Source of the DNA: Dehalococcoidia bacterium
GTDB lineage: Bacteria; Chloroflexota; Dehalococcoidia; Bin125
DNA length: 64,000 bases
Reading direction: 5' to 3'
Assembly (NCBI GenBank): GCA_963555985.3
Contig: OY820591.1
Span: forward strand, 2,720,001 to 2,784,000
This document shows positions 19,087-28,490 of this stretch, in pieces. The notes below the pieces were generated by a model. That model saw only the letters and a list, made by a program, of their open reading frames with translations, searched no databases and had not been told where the DNA came from. The stretch's first letter is position 1. Each line of letters begins with the position of its first letter. The position numbers were made by a program, and so were the translations under genes.

Positions 19087-20055
19087 TTAGCCGTGCACCG
19101 CGCGGACGCGGAAGCGCATGGTCCCGCGCGGCGCTTCGATTTCAACATCGTCGCCGACTGATTTGTTCACCAGCCCGCGCCCCATCGGGCTTTCGATCGA
19201 GATCCGGCGCGCCGCCGCGTCGACCTCCGTCGGCCCAACCAGAGTGTACTCGGCAATACGACCGCTGCCCTCGCCCTGTTCGTCCACCTGCTCCACCTGC
19301 ACGGTGCTGCCCAGATGCGCCAAGCCCGTCTCCACCTCGCGCTTCACGTCCGCGTGCGCGATCTGATACTCGAGCTCCGCGATCCGCGAACGCAAGCGTT
19401 CTTGGTATTCGCGCGCCGCCTCCAGGGGCGCGTTCTCGCGGATGTCCTTGTCCTCCCGCGCCGCTGCTACCGCCGCCACCGCCAATGGCATCTCCGCCAG
19501 GTGGCGTTCCAACTCCGCCTTCAGTTGCTCGAGACCGTCCTCGGTCATCTGGAAGCGCTCGGCCTCCTCATGCTGGACCTGCGAATCGTCCTTCGCCCCC
19601 GCCGAGCGCTTGATCCGCAGGTGATTGCCGAGGTTCTCCTCCGTGTACCCGCGCTGCTTCCAGCAGTAGCGGAGGAATTCCTTCACCGGCTGCAAGCGTC
19701 CTTCAATGTCGGTCGCGTTCTCTCCCACCGTCTCCTGAAACACCGCCATCCCGTACGGCTTCAACTCCGCGATCGGCAGATACGGAGTGAAATGCGAGAC
19801 AAAGCGAGTCACGGCGACGCGGGCGGCCTCGTCGAACGGCGGCGTCGCCTTCGAGCTCTTAGTCGCCACTGCCCCGTTCGAGCGGCGCTTCTGCCGCTGT
19901 TCCTCACGCTTCGCCGCCCACTCGAAGTACTCCGATGCGGCGGCGCCCACGGTGACAACCGCCGACTCCGGCTCAGGCGCGGGCGCGTCGACCGGCTCGA
20001 GTTCGCCTTCGACGACATCGTCCCCAGCGTCAACAGCGGGTGATTCCGATTCCAT
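19087..20055 (-). CDS. greA: Transcription elongation factor GreA with N-terminal extension
   Basis: MTEDGLEQLKAEL, DIRENAPL, ISIESPMGRGL; ~165-aa extra N-terminus. Confidence 0.88.
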   Translation of the reverse strand: MESESPAVDAGDDVVEGELEPVDAPAPEPESAVVTVGAAASEYFEWAAKREEQRQKRRSNGAVATKSSKATPPFDEAARVAVTRFVSHFTPYLPIAELKPYGMAVFQETVGENATDIEGRLQPVKEFLRYCWKQRGYTEENLGNHLRIKRSAGAKDDSQVQHEEAERFQMTEDGLEQLKAELERHLAEMPLAVAAVAAAREDKDIRENAPLEAAREYQERLRSRIAELEYQIAHADVKREVETGLAHLGSTVQVEQVDEQGEGSGRIAEYTLVGPTEVDAAARRISIESPMGRGLVNKSVGDDVEIEAPRGTMRFRVRAVHG

Positions 20056-20260
20056 GACGCGATCCTCCCCGTGCGTTCGGCGTCCGCCGTACGGCGTCGC
20101 GCCGGCTCGATCTCAGCCGTCGCTGATCGCACGCGGACGGCACCGCCTCACCGACGGCCGCCGCCAACTCATGCTATCAGCGCCATGCACGCGCACTAGA
20201 CGCTTGCCGCATCCCGCCCGGCGCGTACCTCCATCCTAAGGCCTATCCATCACGATCAGG

Positions 20261-20303
20261 CTCCCCCTGGGGCGATGCCGTAGGCAGAGGGGGTGAAAAC
20301 GCC
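20261..20303. repeat. REP family C variant
   Basis: GCGATGCCGTAGGCAGAGGGGGTGAAAACGCC resembles the reverse complement of 61105-61147. Confidence 0.6.
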
Positions 20304-20317
20304 GCAGTCCCTCTCAG

Positions 20318-21349
20318 TTGCGCAGCGTCTCACCCCCTCAGCCACCCACCCGCCACTGTCAACCACAGCACACCCAGTCACCCACCCGGCACCGAATCGT
20401 TTACCATGAATCGAACAATGGTTTCGGTGACGATCCCGTCCCCTTCCCGCCTGACCGAACCCGAACAAGGCTGGACAAACCTGTTCAGATCTGTCCAGAT
20501 CTGAACAAGGCTGAACGCCCTGAACAGCGTTCAGCCCAGCCAGCACTGGAGATCCGCAATCTGACCCGCCAAAATTTTTTTCTCTCTGAACACCCCTCTT
20601 TTTTTCCTGGCCCGCCCCGGGAAGATTTTTTTCCGTCCCGCGCCGAGCGGATCCTCGCCGCTCTGACCGACGCTCACCTGCGCCACCTGCTCGCCCCCAA
20701 TCCCAACCTCCACGACCACCTCGCTCAGTGGCTCGAGGCGCTGCTGGCCAGCCCCCGCAACCTCACCGCCGTCCGAGAGCCCGAGCTCGCGCTTGCCAAA
20801 CACATCCTCGAACCGCTCAGCGGCTGGAACCGGATCCTCAACGCCGATCTGCCCGTGCCCCACGGCCCACTGATCGATATCGGCTCCGGCAACGGAGCGC
20901 CCGGACTGCCGATCGCTTTGGCCGAGCCGCAGCGCCGCGCCCTCCTGCTGGACTCACGCTCCGGCGCAGTCGATTTCCTGAGCAAAGCGACAGCGGCGCA
21001 CCCTCGTATCCAGACCCGCAACGATCGCGCCGAGTCGGCTGCGAGCGGCGCGCTCCGCGAGCGTTTCGCGGTTGCCGTCAGCCGCGCTGCCGCGCCCCCG
21101 CCGATCGCACTCGAACTCTGCCTTCCACTCCTCGATCTAGGCGGCCTCCTCGCCGCCTGGACCGGATCGCTGGACGACGCCCAACAGCAACAACTCATCG
21201 AAATCGCCGACACGCTCGGCGCGATCGTCGCTCCCATCGATACCGCCCCGGACATCTTCGTCGCGCTCAAGTCGCGCCGCACGCCTGATACCTATCCACG
21301 CCGCTGGACTCAGATCCGCCGCGCCCCGCTCGGCAGCGGCCGTAACTGA
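20318..21349 (+). CDS. rsmG: 16S rRNA m7G527 methyltransferase; start uncertain (homologous region begins near 20660)
   Basis: NLTAV...KHIL, IDIGSGNGAPGLP, LLDS, RAE, VSRA, TPDTYPRR. Confidence 0.85.
   Translation: MRSVSPPQPPTRHCQPQHTQSPTRHRIVYHESNNGFGDDPVPFPPDRTRTRLDKPVQICPDLNKAERPEQRSAQPALEIRNLTRQNFFLSEHPSFFPGPPREDFFPSRAERILAALTDAHLRHLLAPNPNLHDHLAQWLEALLASPRNLTAVREPELALAKHILEPLSGWNRILNADLPVPHGPLIDIGSGNGAPGLPIALAEPQRRALLLDSRSGAVDFLSKATAAHPRIQTRNDRAESAASGALRERFAVAVSRAAAPPPIALELCLPLLDLGGLLAAWTGSLDDAQQQQLIEIADTLGAIVAPIDTAPDIFVALKSRRTPDTYPRRWTQIRRAPLGSGRN
20451..20632. repeat. Degenerate 10-bp periodic repeat array, copy 2, with T-tract tail
   Basis: Seven consecutive 10-mers starting C(T/C)G (ctgaccgaac...ctgaacgccc), then poly-T/GGCCCGCCC/T-tract. 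Confidence 0.65.
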
Positions 21350-21384
21350 CCGCAGAACCACCTTGCGTCTACCCTCAATCCACG

Positions 21385-22893
21385 ATGTCCGCGCTCGCTA
21401 CTCAGATCGACCCGCGCCCCTTCCGCCGCAACATCCCCGTCTACTACATCTTCATGGCCTCGACCGGGTTCATGATCTTCCTGCCGGTCTGGATCATCTA
21501 CCTCACCGACCACCGTGGCATGTCCTTAACCACGGTCGGAATTATGGAATCACTCTTCTGGCTGACTATCGTCCTGGCCGAAGTACCGACCGGTGCGGTC
21601 GCCGACCGCTTCGGCCGCCGGATCTCGCTTGCGCTGGGCGGATTCCTGTTCTTCAGCTCGATGCTCGTCTTCGCCATCGCCGACACCGTGACGCTGCTGT
21701 TGATCTCCTACCTGATCATGGGTGTGAGTATGACGCTCTACTCGGGCGCCAGCCAGGCCCTGCTCTATGACACGCTGCGTGTGCTTGGCCGCACCAACGA
21801 GTTTGAACGGCATATGGGCCGCTCGGAGGCCGGCTCGTTCTTCTTCATGCTGCTCGCCTCCGGTCTCGGCGGCCCGCTCGTCGCCCTGATTGGCTACACC
21901 CCCACGATCCTGCTCTCCTGCGCCTTCTTCCTGACGGCGGCCTGCACCGCCCTGATGCTGCGTGAGCCGCCCCGCAAAGAGTCCGACTACCTCCCCGACC
22001 CGCTGCACGCGCAACCGGCGAGCCGCCACGATCTCACCCAGCGCCGGCGCGAATCCGAATCCGGCAGCGCCGGGATCCCGGTCTTCAACGAGATGTTCCA
22101 CGGCATCCGGATCGCCTGGCGTACCCGCCCGATCCGCTATGTGATCCTGCTCGCGGCGTTGATGCTCGCGGTGATGCAGATGCCCGAATTCCTGGCCCAG
22201 CCCTACGTTCGCTCGCACGGGATCGATCCGGCAGAGAGTCTCGCTCAGGGCGCGATCTTCTCGGGCCTAATGATGCCCGCCCAGCTCGGCGCGGTCATCG
22301 GCCTGTTCTTCGCTGCGTCACTCGTGGGACGCCTCGGCGAGCGCCGCGCCTTCCCCACCTTGCTGCTCACCGGCGGCATCCTGCTCGTCCCGTTGATCCT
22401 CTGGAACCATCTCGGCCTGGTCGGCGTGATCATGCTCGTCAGCGCTGCCCGCCACGCCGTGCGACCGATCGCCACGGGCTACATCAACCGCCGCATCCCC
22501 TCCGACCAACGCGCGACGGTGCTCTCGGTCCTCCAGCTGATGGTCGGCGCGACGATGGCCTTGATGTTCGTCAGCGTCGTGCCCACGGCCGACTTGGCCG
22601 GGTTCCAGAGCGCGTTCGGTCTGGCGCTCGCGATCCTGGCCGGAGCCGGATTCACGTTCTGGTTGATCTGGCGGTTGGCGCACCGACGCGATCAGTCCGA
22701 GCGCCTACAGCGCTGGTCCCTGACGATCGCTGCGCCGCAAGCTGCGATCACCCCTGCCAACGGAGCGAATCACACGAAATCCGTCAGCCGGAATCGCATA
22801 ACGCAGCCGCATTCCGGCCAACCTCTGTACCCCGGTTTGCAGAACGGTGAGGGCGAAGCGCAGCAGCGCGATCCAGCCACTCACTACGATTAA
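21385..22893 (+). CDS. MFS transporter, paralog 1 of 5
   Basis: EVPTGAVADRFGRR, ALLYDTL, NRRIPSDQRATVLS. Confidence 0.92.
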   Translation: MSALATQIDPRPFRRNIPVYYIFMASTGFMIFLPVWIIYLTDHRGMSLTTVGIMESLFWLTIVLAEVPTGAVADRFGRRISLALGGFLFFSSMLVFAIADTVTLLLISYLIMGVSMTLYSGASQALLYDTLRVLGRTNEFERHMGRSEAGSFFFMLLASGLGGPLVALIGYTPTILLSCAFFLTAACTALMLREPPRKESDYLPDPLHAQPASRHDLTQRRRESESGSAGIPVFNEMFHGIRIAWRTRPIRYVILLAALMLAVMQMPEFLAQPYVRSHGIDPAESLAQGAIFSGLMMPAQLGAVIGLFFAASLVGRLGERRAFPTLLLTGGILLVPLILWNHLGLVGVIMLVSAARHAVRPIATGYINRRIPSDQRATVLSVLQLMVGATMALMFVSVVPTADLAGFQSAFGLALAILAGAGFTFWLIWRLAHRRDQSERLQRWSLTIAAPQAAITPANGANHTKSVSRNRITQPHSGQPLYPGLQNGEGEAQQRDPATHYD

Positions 22894-22935
22894 TTGAGCT
22901 TTCCGAGCCGACCCTCTCCCAGCCAGCCACGACGC

Positions 22936-24375
22936 ATGAGCGCTCTCACTTCCGCGCCGCCCGGCGACACACGCAAGGGCTACGCGCGCAACATCCCGAT
23001 CTACTACCTCTTCCAGTTCAGCTCTGGATTCTTGATCTGGGTGCCGATCTGGATCGTCTTCCTGATCAACGAACGCGGACTCTCGCTCACCCAAGTCGGG
23101 ATCATGGAAGCCTGCTTCTGGGGCTCAATCGTGATCGCCGAAGTCCCAACCGGCGCGATCGCCGACCGTTGGGGGCGGCGCATCTCACTCGCGCTGGGCG
23201 GATTGCTGTTCTTGATCTCGACGCTGATGTTCGCCACCCTTGAGGGCTTTGCTGCGCTCGCATGTTGCTGGATCGTGATGGCAATCGCCATGACCCTCTA
23301 CTCCGGCTCCGGGCCGGCCCTGCTCTTCGACACGCTGCGCCAGCTTCGACGCAGCCGCGAATACGAACGCCACTTCGGTCGCGCGCAGGCGCTGGCGACC
23401 ACGGCAATGCTCGCAGCCACTCTGCTCGGCGGGCCCTTCGCTGCCCTGTTCGGACTCCAGGCCACGATCCTGATCGGCGCAGGCAGCATGGGCGTCGCCG
23501 GGCTGATCGCACTGCTGCTGCGCGAACCGCCCCGGCGCGAAGCCGAATTTGAACACGACCTCTTCGCGCGGCCGGTCGGCTCCGGCGATCTCGCCGAGAG
23601 CGGATCAGCCCCCGCTGTCTTCCAGGAAATGCTGGTCGGCTTCCGGATCGTCTGGCGCAACCGCCCCATCCTCTGGATCATTCTCTTCGCCGCGCTGATC
23701 TTCGTCGCATTCCAGATGCCGAACTTCTTCATCCAGCCCTTCCTGCTCTCGTTCGGCATCGATCCGGCTACCGACCTCAGCCAGGGAGCGCTGTTCTCGG
23801 CGCTGATGGTGCCGGCATTGGTCTGCATGATCCTGGGCGCCCTACTTGCTGCCCCCCTCGTTGAGCGCCTCGGCGAACGCCGCGCGCTGCCGATCCTGCT
23901 GATGGTTGGATGCGCGATCCTCGTGCCGATGCTGTTCTTCAATCATCTCGCGATCATCGCGCCGATTGCGGCGCTCGCCCTGCTCCACTCCGCCGTGCGA
24001 CCGATCGCCACCGGCTACATCAATCGCCGGATCCCCTCCGATCAGCGCGCGACCGTGCTCTCGATCTACGAACTCGGCTATGGCGCGCTGATGATGTGCA
24101 TCGTGCCTGTGGTCAGCGCCTCCGCCGACATCATCGACTTCCGCTTCGCCTTCGGCGTCTCACTGACCGTCTTGCTCACGATCGGCGTCGCCCTCTGGCT
24201 GACCTGGCGCAGAGCCCACCGCCGCGCCCAGAGCGATCTCGTGCGCAACCTCAGCCTGCGCCGAGCGCCGCAGGCCGACGGCCTCTGGCCGTCCGCCAAC
24301 GGCAGTTATGGCAACGGCGTCGGGGCCGCCGCGCCAGCGCCAGTCCCCGCCACCAGCAGCCGGGATCGCATATGA
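22936..24375 (+). CDS. MFS transporter, paralog 2 of 5
   Basis: EVPTGAIADRWGRR, NRRIPSDQRATVLS. Confidence 0.92.
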   Translation: MSALTSAPPGDTRKGYARNIPIYYLFQFSSGFLIWVPIWIVFLINERGLSLTQVGIMEACFWGSIVIAEVPTGAIADRWGRRISLALGGLLFLISTLMFATLEGFAALACCWIVMAIAMTLYSGSGPALLFDTLRQLRRSREYERHFGRAQALATTAMLAATLLGGPFAALFGLQATILIGAGSMGVAGLIALLLREPPRREAEFEHDLFARPVGSGDLAESGSAPAVFQEMLVGFRIVWRNRPILWIILFAALIFVAFQMPNFFIQPFLLSFGIDPATDLSQGALFSALMVPALVCMILGALLAAPLVERLGERRALPILLMVGCAILVPMLFFNHLAIIAPIAALALLHSAVRPIATGYINRRIPSDQRATVLSIYELGYGALMMCIVPVVSASADIIDFRFAFGVSLTVLLTIGVALWLTWRRAHRRAQSDLVRNLSLRRAPQADGLWPSANGSYGNGVGAAAPAPVPATSSRDRI

Positions 24376-25817
24376 GACGGTCCACGCTCACTCACGCTCC
24401 CGCCGCACGCAGCTACGCGCGCAACATCCCGATCTATTACCTGTTCCAGTTCGCCACCGGATTCCTGATCTGGATGCCCGTCTGGATGATCTTCCTGCTC
24501 GATGAGCGCGGACTGTCGCTGACCGAGGTCGGAATGATGGAAGCCGTCTTCTGGGTAGCGATGGCGCTCTCGGAGGTGCCTACGGGGGCGATCGCCGATC
24601 GCTTTGGGCGCCGCACCTCGCTCGCCCTAGGCGGATTCGGCTTCACGATCGGCTGCTTCCTCTTCGTCTCGCTGAACAGCTTCGGCGGGATCATCATCGG
24701 CTACCTCTTCATGGCCGTCGCGATGACGCTCTACAGCGGCTCCGGCCAAGCGTTGCTCTTCGACAGCCTGCGCGCGCTCGGACGCACCCGCGAGTACGAA
24801 CGCCACGTCGGGCGCGCCGAAGCGCTGATGACCTCCGCGATGCTGGCCGCGACCTTGCTCGGCGGCCCCATGGCCGGACTCTTCGGCCTGACCATGACCT
24901 TCTACATCGGCTCCGCCGTGATGGCCCTTGCCGGCATGATCGCCCTGCTCCTGCGCGAGCCGCCGCGCAACGAGGACGAGTTCGACGACGGGCTGCACGC
25001 GGCCCCGATCTCGGCCGCCGATGCATCGGCCGAGGACCGCTCACCCAGCGGCGTCTTCGCCAACATGCTGATCGGCTTCCGCGTCGTCGCCGCAAAGCGC
25101 GCGATCCTCTGGATGATCCTGCTCGCCGGCCTGCTCACGGTCTGCATGGAGATGCCGAGTTTCTTCGTCCAGCCCTTCATCCGCTCGCACGGAGTCGACC
25201 CGGCCGAGGATCTCGCCTCCGGGTCGCTGTTCTCCGCCCTGATGGTCCCGGGCTTCGCCGCCATGACGATCGGCGCACTGCTCGCCGCCTCCTTCATCAG
25301 CCGCGTCGGCGAGCGCCGCACCGTGCCTGCGATGATGTTGATCGGGATGGCCGCCTTCATCCCCATGCTGCTCTTCGATCACCTCGGCATCATCGCCGCG
25401 ATCGCGCTGCTCGCCGGCCTCCACGCGATGCTGCGTCCGATCGCGACGGGCTACATCAACCGCCGCATCCGCTCCGAGCAGCGCGCCACCGTCCTCTCGA
25501 TCTACGAGCTCTGCATGGCCCTGCAGATGGCGGTGATCGTGCCGCTGATCTCGTTCAGCGCCGACCAGATCGACTTCCGTTGGGCGTATGCCTTCTCACT
25601 CGTCTTGATTGTGATCATCGGCGGCACGATGTGGCGCATGTGGGCGCGCTCGCACCGGCGTGAACAGTCCGATGCGCTGCGGATGCTCAGTATCCGCCGG
25701 GCCCCGCAGGCGAACGGCGTTGGCGCGAACGGAACCGGCAATGGAGTTCACGCCAACGGGGCGCAGAACAGCACCGACGCGGCCAGTCCGCGACCGGTTT
25801 CGCGTGACCGCGCATGA
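24372..25817 (+). CDS. MFS transporter, paralog 3 of 5
   Basis: ATGA overlap with paralog 2; EVPTGAIADRFGRR. Confidence 0.92.
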   Translation: MRRSTLTHAPAARSYARNIPIYYLFQFATGFLIWMPVWMIFLLDERGLSLTEVGMMEAVFWVAMALSEVPTGAIADRFGRRTSLALGGFGFTIGCFLFVSLNSFGGIIIGYLFMAVAMTLYSGSGQALLFDSLRALGRTREYERHVGRAEALMTSAMLAATLLGGPMAGLFGLTMTFYIGSAVMALAGMIALLLREPPRNEDEFDDGLHAAPISAADASAEDRSPSGVFANMLIGFRVVAAKRAILWMILLAGLLTVCMEMPSFFVQPFIRSHGVDPAEDLASGSLFSALMVPGFAAMTIGALLAASFISRVGERRTVPAMMLIGMAAFIPMLLFDHLGIIAAIALLAGLHAMLRPIATGYINRRIRSEQRATVLSIYELCMALQMAVIVPLISFSADQIDFRWAYAFSLVLIVIIGGTMWRMWARSHRREQSDALRMLSIRRAPQANGVGANGTGNGVHANGAQNSTDAASPRPVSRDRA

Positions 25818-27118
25818 CCGACGCCGGTGCGACTCAGGCTGCGCCGGGCAGTCGGTTCGCCCGCAACGTCCCCGTCTACTACCTCTTCCAGTTTGTCCGC
25901 GGGTTCCATTTCTGGGCTGCGGTCTGGTTTCTCTTTCTCCAGGCCGAGCACGGACTCTCGTTCGCCCAGATTGGCCTGATGGAGGCGCTCTTCGGGATCG
26001 CGATCCTCGTCGCCGAAGTGCCCACCGGCGCACTCGCCGACCGCTTCGGCCGCCGCTTCACGCTCTGCCTGGGCGCAGTCGGTTTCGGGATCGCCACGGC
26101 GTTGTTTGCCTTGCTCGACTTCCCCGCCCTGATCGTCGGTTACAGCGCGATGGCGGTGGCGCACACGTTCTTCTCGGGCGCCGACGAAGCCCTGCTCTAC
26201 GACAGCCTGCGCCAGCTCGGGCGCAGCGACGAATACGAGCAGCACCAGGGACGATCACAGGCGCTTGCGACTGCCGCGCTGCTCGCCGCGACCCTGCTCA
26301 GCGGACCACTCGCCGCCCTGCTCGGGTTTCAGGCCGTCATGCTGTTCAGCGCGGGCGGTATGGCGGCGGCCGCCTTGATCGCGTTCTGGTTCCGCGAACC
26401 GCCCCGCCGCGAGGCCGAGTCGGGCGAGGGTCCGCCAACGGACGACGCGCCGCAACGCGGCGTCCCCGTGCTCTACGAGATTCGCCGCGGCGTGCGGATC
26501 ACCTTCCGCGCCCGGCCCATCCTCTGGACCATCCTGCTCGGCGGCATCCTGATCGCTACGCTGGAGATCCCCGACTTCTTCACCCAACCCTTCATCCGCT
26601 CGCACGGCGTAGACCCCACCGACGCCGTCGACCGCGGGCTGATCTACTCCGGCTTGCTGCTGCCCGGGTTCATCGGAATCATGATCGGCTCCCTGCTCGC
26701 CGGACCGCTCGCGGAACGCCTCGGCGAGAGCCGAGCCCTGCCCGTGATCTTCCTGACCGGCCTGATCTGTTACCTACCTCTGCTGATCCTCGATCATCTC
26801 GCCCTGCTCGCTGCGTTTGCCGTGGCGTCCGCCTGCGTCGCTGCAGTTCGGCCCCTCGCCAGCGGCTACATCAACCGCCGCATCCCCTCCGATCAGCGCG
26901 CGACCGTGCTCTCGATGCTCACGTTGCTCACCGGGGTCATGCTCACCGTGCTGATCCCGGTGTCCGCCGTGCTTGTCGATAGCTTCGACTTCCGGGCCGC
27001 CTTTGCACTCGCCTACGGCCTGCTCACGGTGATCGGCGGGGTGTTCTGGCTGCGCTGGCGCAGCGTGCATCTGCGCTCGCAGGCGGAGGACGTGGGCGAG
27101 AACGGAGTCCAGCGATGA
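25814..27118 (+). CDS. MFS transporter, paralog 4 of 5
   Basis: ATGA overlap with paralog 3; EVPTGALADRFGRR. Confidence 0.92.
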   Translation: MTDAGATQAAPGSRFARNVPVYYLFQFVRGFHFWAAVWFLFLQAEHGLSFAQIGLMEALFGIAILVAEVPTGALADRFGRRFTLCLGAVGFGIATALFALLDFPALIVGYSAMAVAHTFFSGADEALLYDSLRQLGRSDEYEQHQGRSQALATAALLAATLLSGPLAALLGFQAVMLFSAGGMAAAALIAFWFREPPRREAESGEGPPTDDAPQRGVPVLYEIRRGVRITFRARPILWTILLGGILIATLEIPDFFTQPFIRSHGVDPTDAVDRGLIYSGLLLPGFIGIMIGSLLAGPLAERLGESRALPVIFLTGLICYLPLLILDHLALLAAFAVASACVAAVRPLASGYINRRIPSDQRATVLSMLTLLTGVMLTVLIPVSAVLVDSFDFRAAFALAYGLLTVIGGVFWLRWRSVHLRSQAEDVGENGVQR

Positions 27119-27173
27119 GCTCCCGCTCGCGCAACGACGCGACCGCTCCGGTCTCCGCTCCCGGCGACGGCGC

Positions 27174-28490
27174 ATGAGCGACTCAGGGGCGAACGAGGCC
27201 GCCCAGCCCAGCCCGTACGCGCGCAATATCCCTGTCTACTATCTCTTCCAGTTCACGCGCGGCTTTCACCTTTGGGTGCCGCTCTGGTTTCTCTTTCTGC
27301 AACTCGAGCACGGACTCTCCTTCACCCAGATCGGGTGGCTCGAAGCGATCTTCGGGATCACCGCGATCCTCGCTGAAGTGCCCACCGGCGCGATCGCCGA
27401 CCGCTTTGGCCGCCGCGTCGCGCTCGCCTTCGGCGCGTTCAGCTTCGCCGCTGCCACCGTCCTCTTCGGAGCGCTCGACTATCCCCTGCTGGTTGCCGGC
27501 TACCTGAGCATGGCAGTGGCGATGACGCTGTTCTCGGGCAGCGACGAGGCGCTGCTCTTCGACAGTCTGCGCCAGCTCGGGCGCAGCGACGCTTACGAGC
27601 GCCACGCCGGGCGCGGACAGGCGGTGGCCACTGCCTCGCTGCTGGGCGCGACTCTGCTCAGCGGGCCGCTGACCTCGCAGCTCGGCTTTCAGACGGTGGT
27701 CCTGCTCAGCGCCGCCGGGATGGGTCTGGCCGGCCTAATCGCGCTGTTCCTGCGCGAACCACCGCGCCGCGAAGCGGAGATCAGCAGCGACGGCTCCGAC
27801 TCGACAGCAGCGAGAGAACCGAGCCGAACCGGGATCGCCGTCTTCGACGAGATTCGCGCCGGGGCGCGGATTGCCTTCCGCGTGCGGCCTGTGCTCTGGA
27901 CGATCCTGCTGGGCGGATTCCTGCTGGCAGCGCTGGATCTGCCTGACTTCTTCGTGCAGCCGTTCATCCGCTCGCACGGGGTCGACCCGACCGATGCGCT
28001 CGAGCGCGGCTTGATCTACTCGACCCTGCTGCTGCCCTCGTTCTTCGGCTACATGGTCGGCTCGATCATCGCGGCGCCGCTGGCGGAGCGCTGGGGCGAG
28101 GCGCGGGCGCTGCCGCTGATCATCTTGGCAGGGGCGCTCTGTTATGTACCGCTGGTCGCCGTCAACCATCTCGCGCTGGTCGCAGCGATGGCCTGCCTCG
28201 CGGCCGCCACCGCTGCGACGCAGCCGCTGGCGAGCGGTTACATCAACCGCCGCATTCCCTCCGATCAGCGCGCGACTGTGCTTTCGATCTTCGCTGTGGT
28301 CAGCGCCGTGATCCTGACCGTGCTCACGCCGATCGTGTTCGCGCTGGTCGAGCAGTTCGACTTCCGCGCCGCCTATGCACTCGCGTTCGGCCTGCTCGTT
28401 GTAGGGGGCGGGCTGATCTGGCTGCGCTGGCGCAGCGTGCATCTGCGCTCGCAGGAGGAGGACGCCGGCGCGCTTGGGCTCAAGCGATGA
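27174..28490 (+). CDS. MFS transporter, paralog 5 of 5
   Basis: EVPTGAIADRFGRR; most similar to paralog 4. Confidence 0.92.
   Translation: MSDSGANEAAQPSPYARNIPVYYLFQFTRGFHLWVPLWFLFLQLEHGLSFTQIGWLEAIFGITAILAEVPTGAIADRFGRRVALAFGAFSFAAATVLFGALDYPLLVAGYLSMAVAMTLFSGSDEALLFDSLRQLGRSDAYERHAGRGQAVATASLLGATLLSGPLTSQLGFQTVVLLSAAGMGLAGLIALFLREPPRREAEISSDGSDSTAAREPSRTGIAVFDEIRAGARIAFRVRPVLWTILLGGFLLAALDLPDFFVQPFIRSHGVDPTDALERGLIYSTLLLPSFFGYMVGSIIAAPLAERWGEARALPLIILAGALCYVPLVAVNHLALVAAMACLAAATAATQPLASGYINRRIPSDQRATVLSIFAVVSAVILTVLTPIVFALVEQFDFRAAYALAFGLLVVGGGLIWLRWRSVHLRSQEEDAGALGLKR

Noticed and set aside
20240-20345. tRNA or riboswitch between greA and rsmG
   Set aside because: No cloverleaf or known aptamer consensus; the sequence matches the family C REP.
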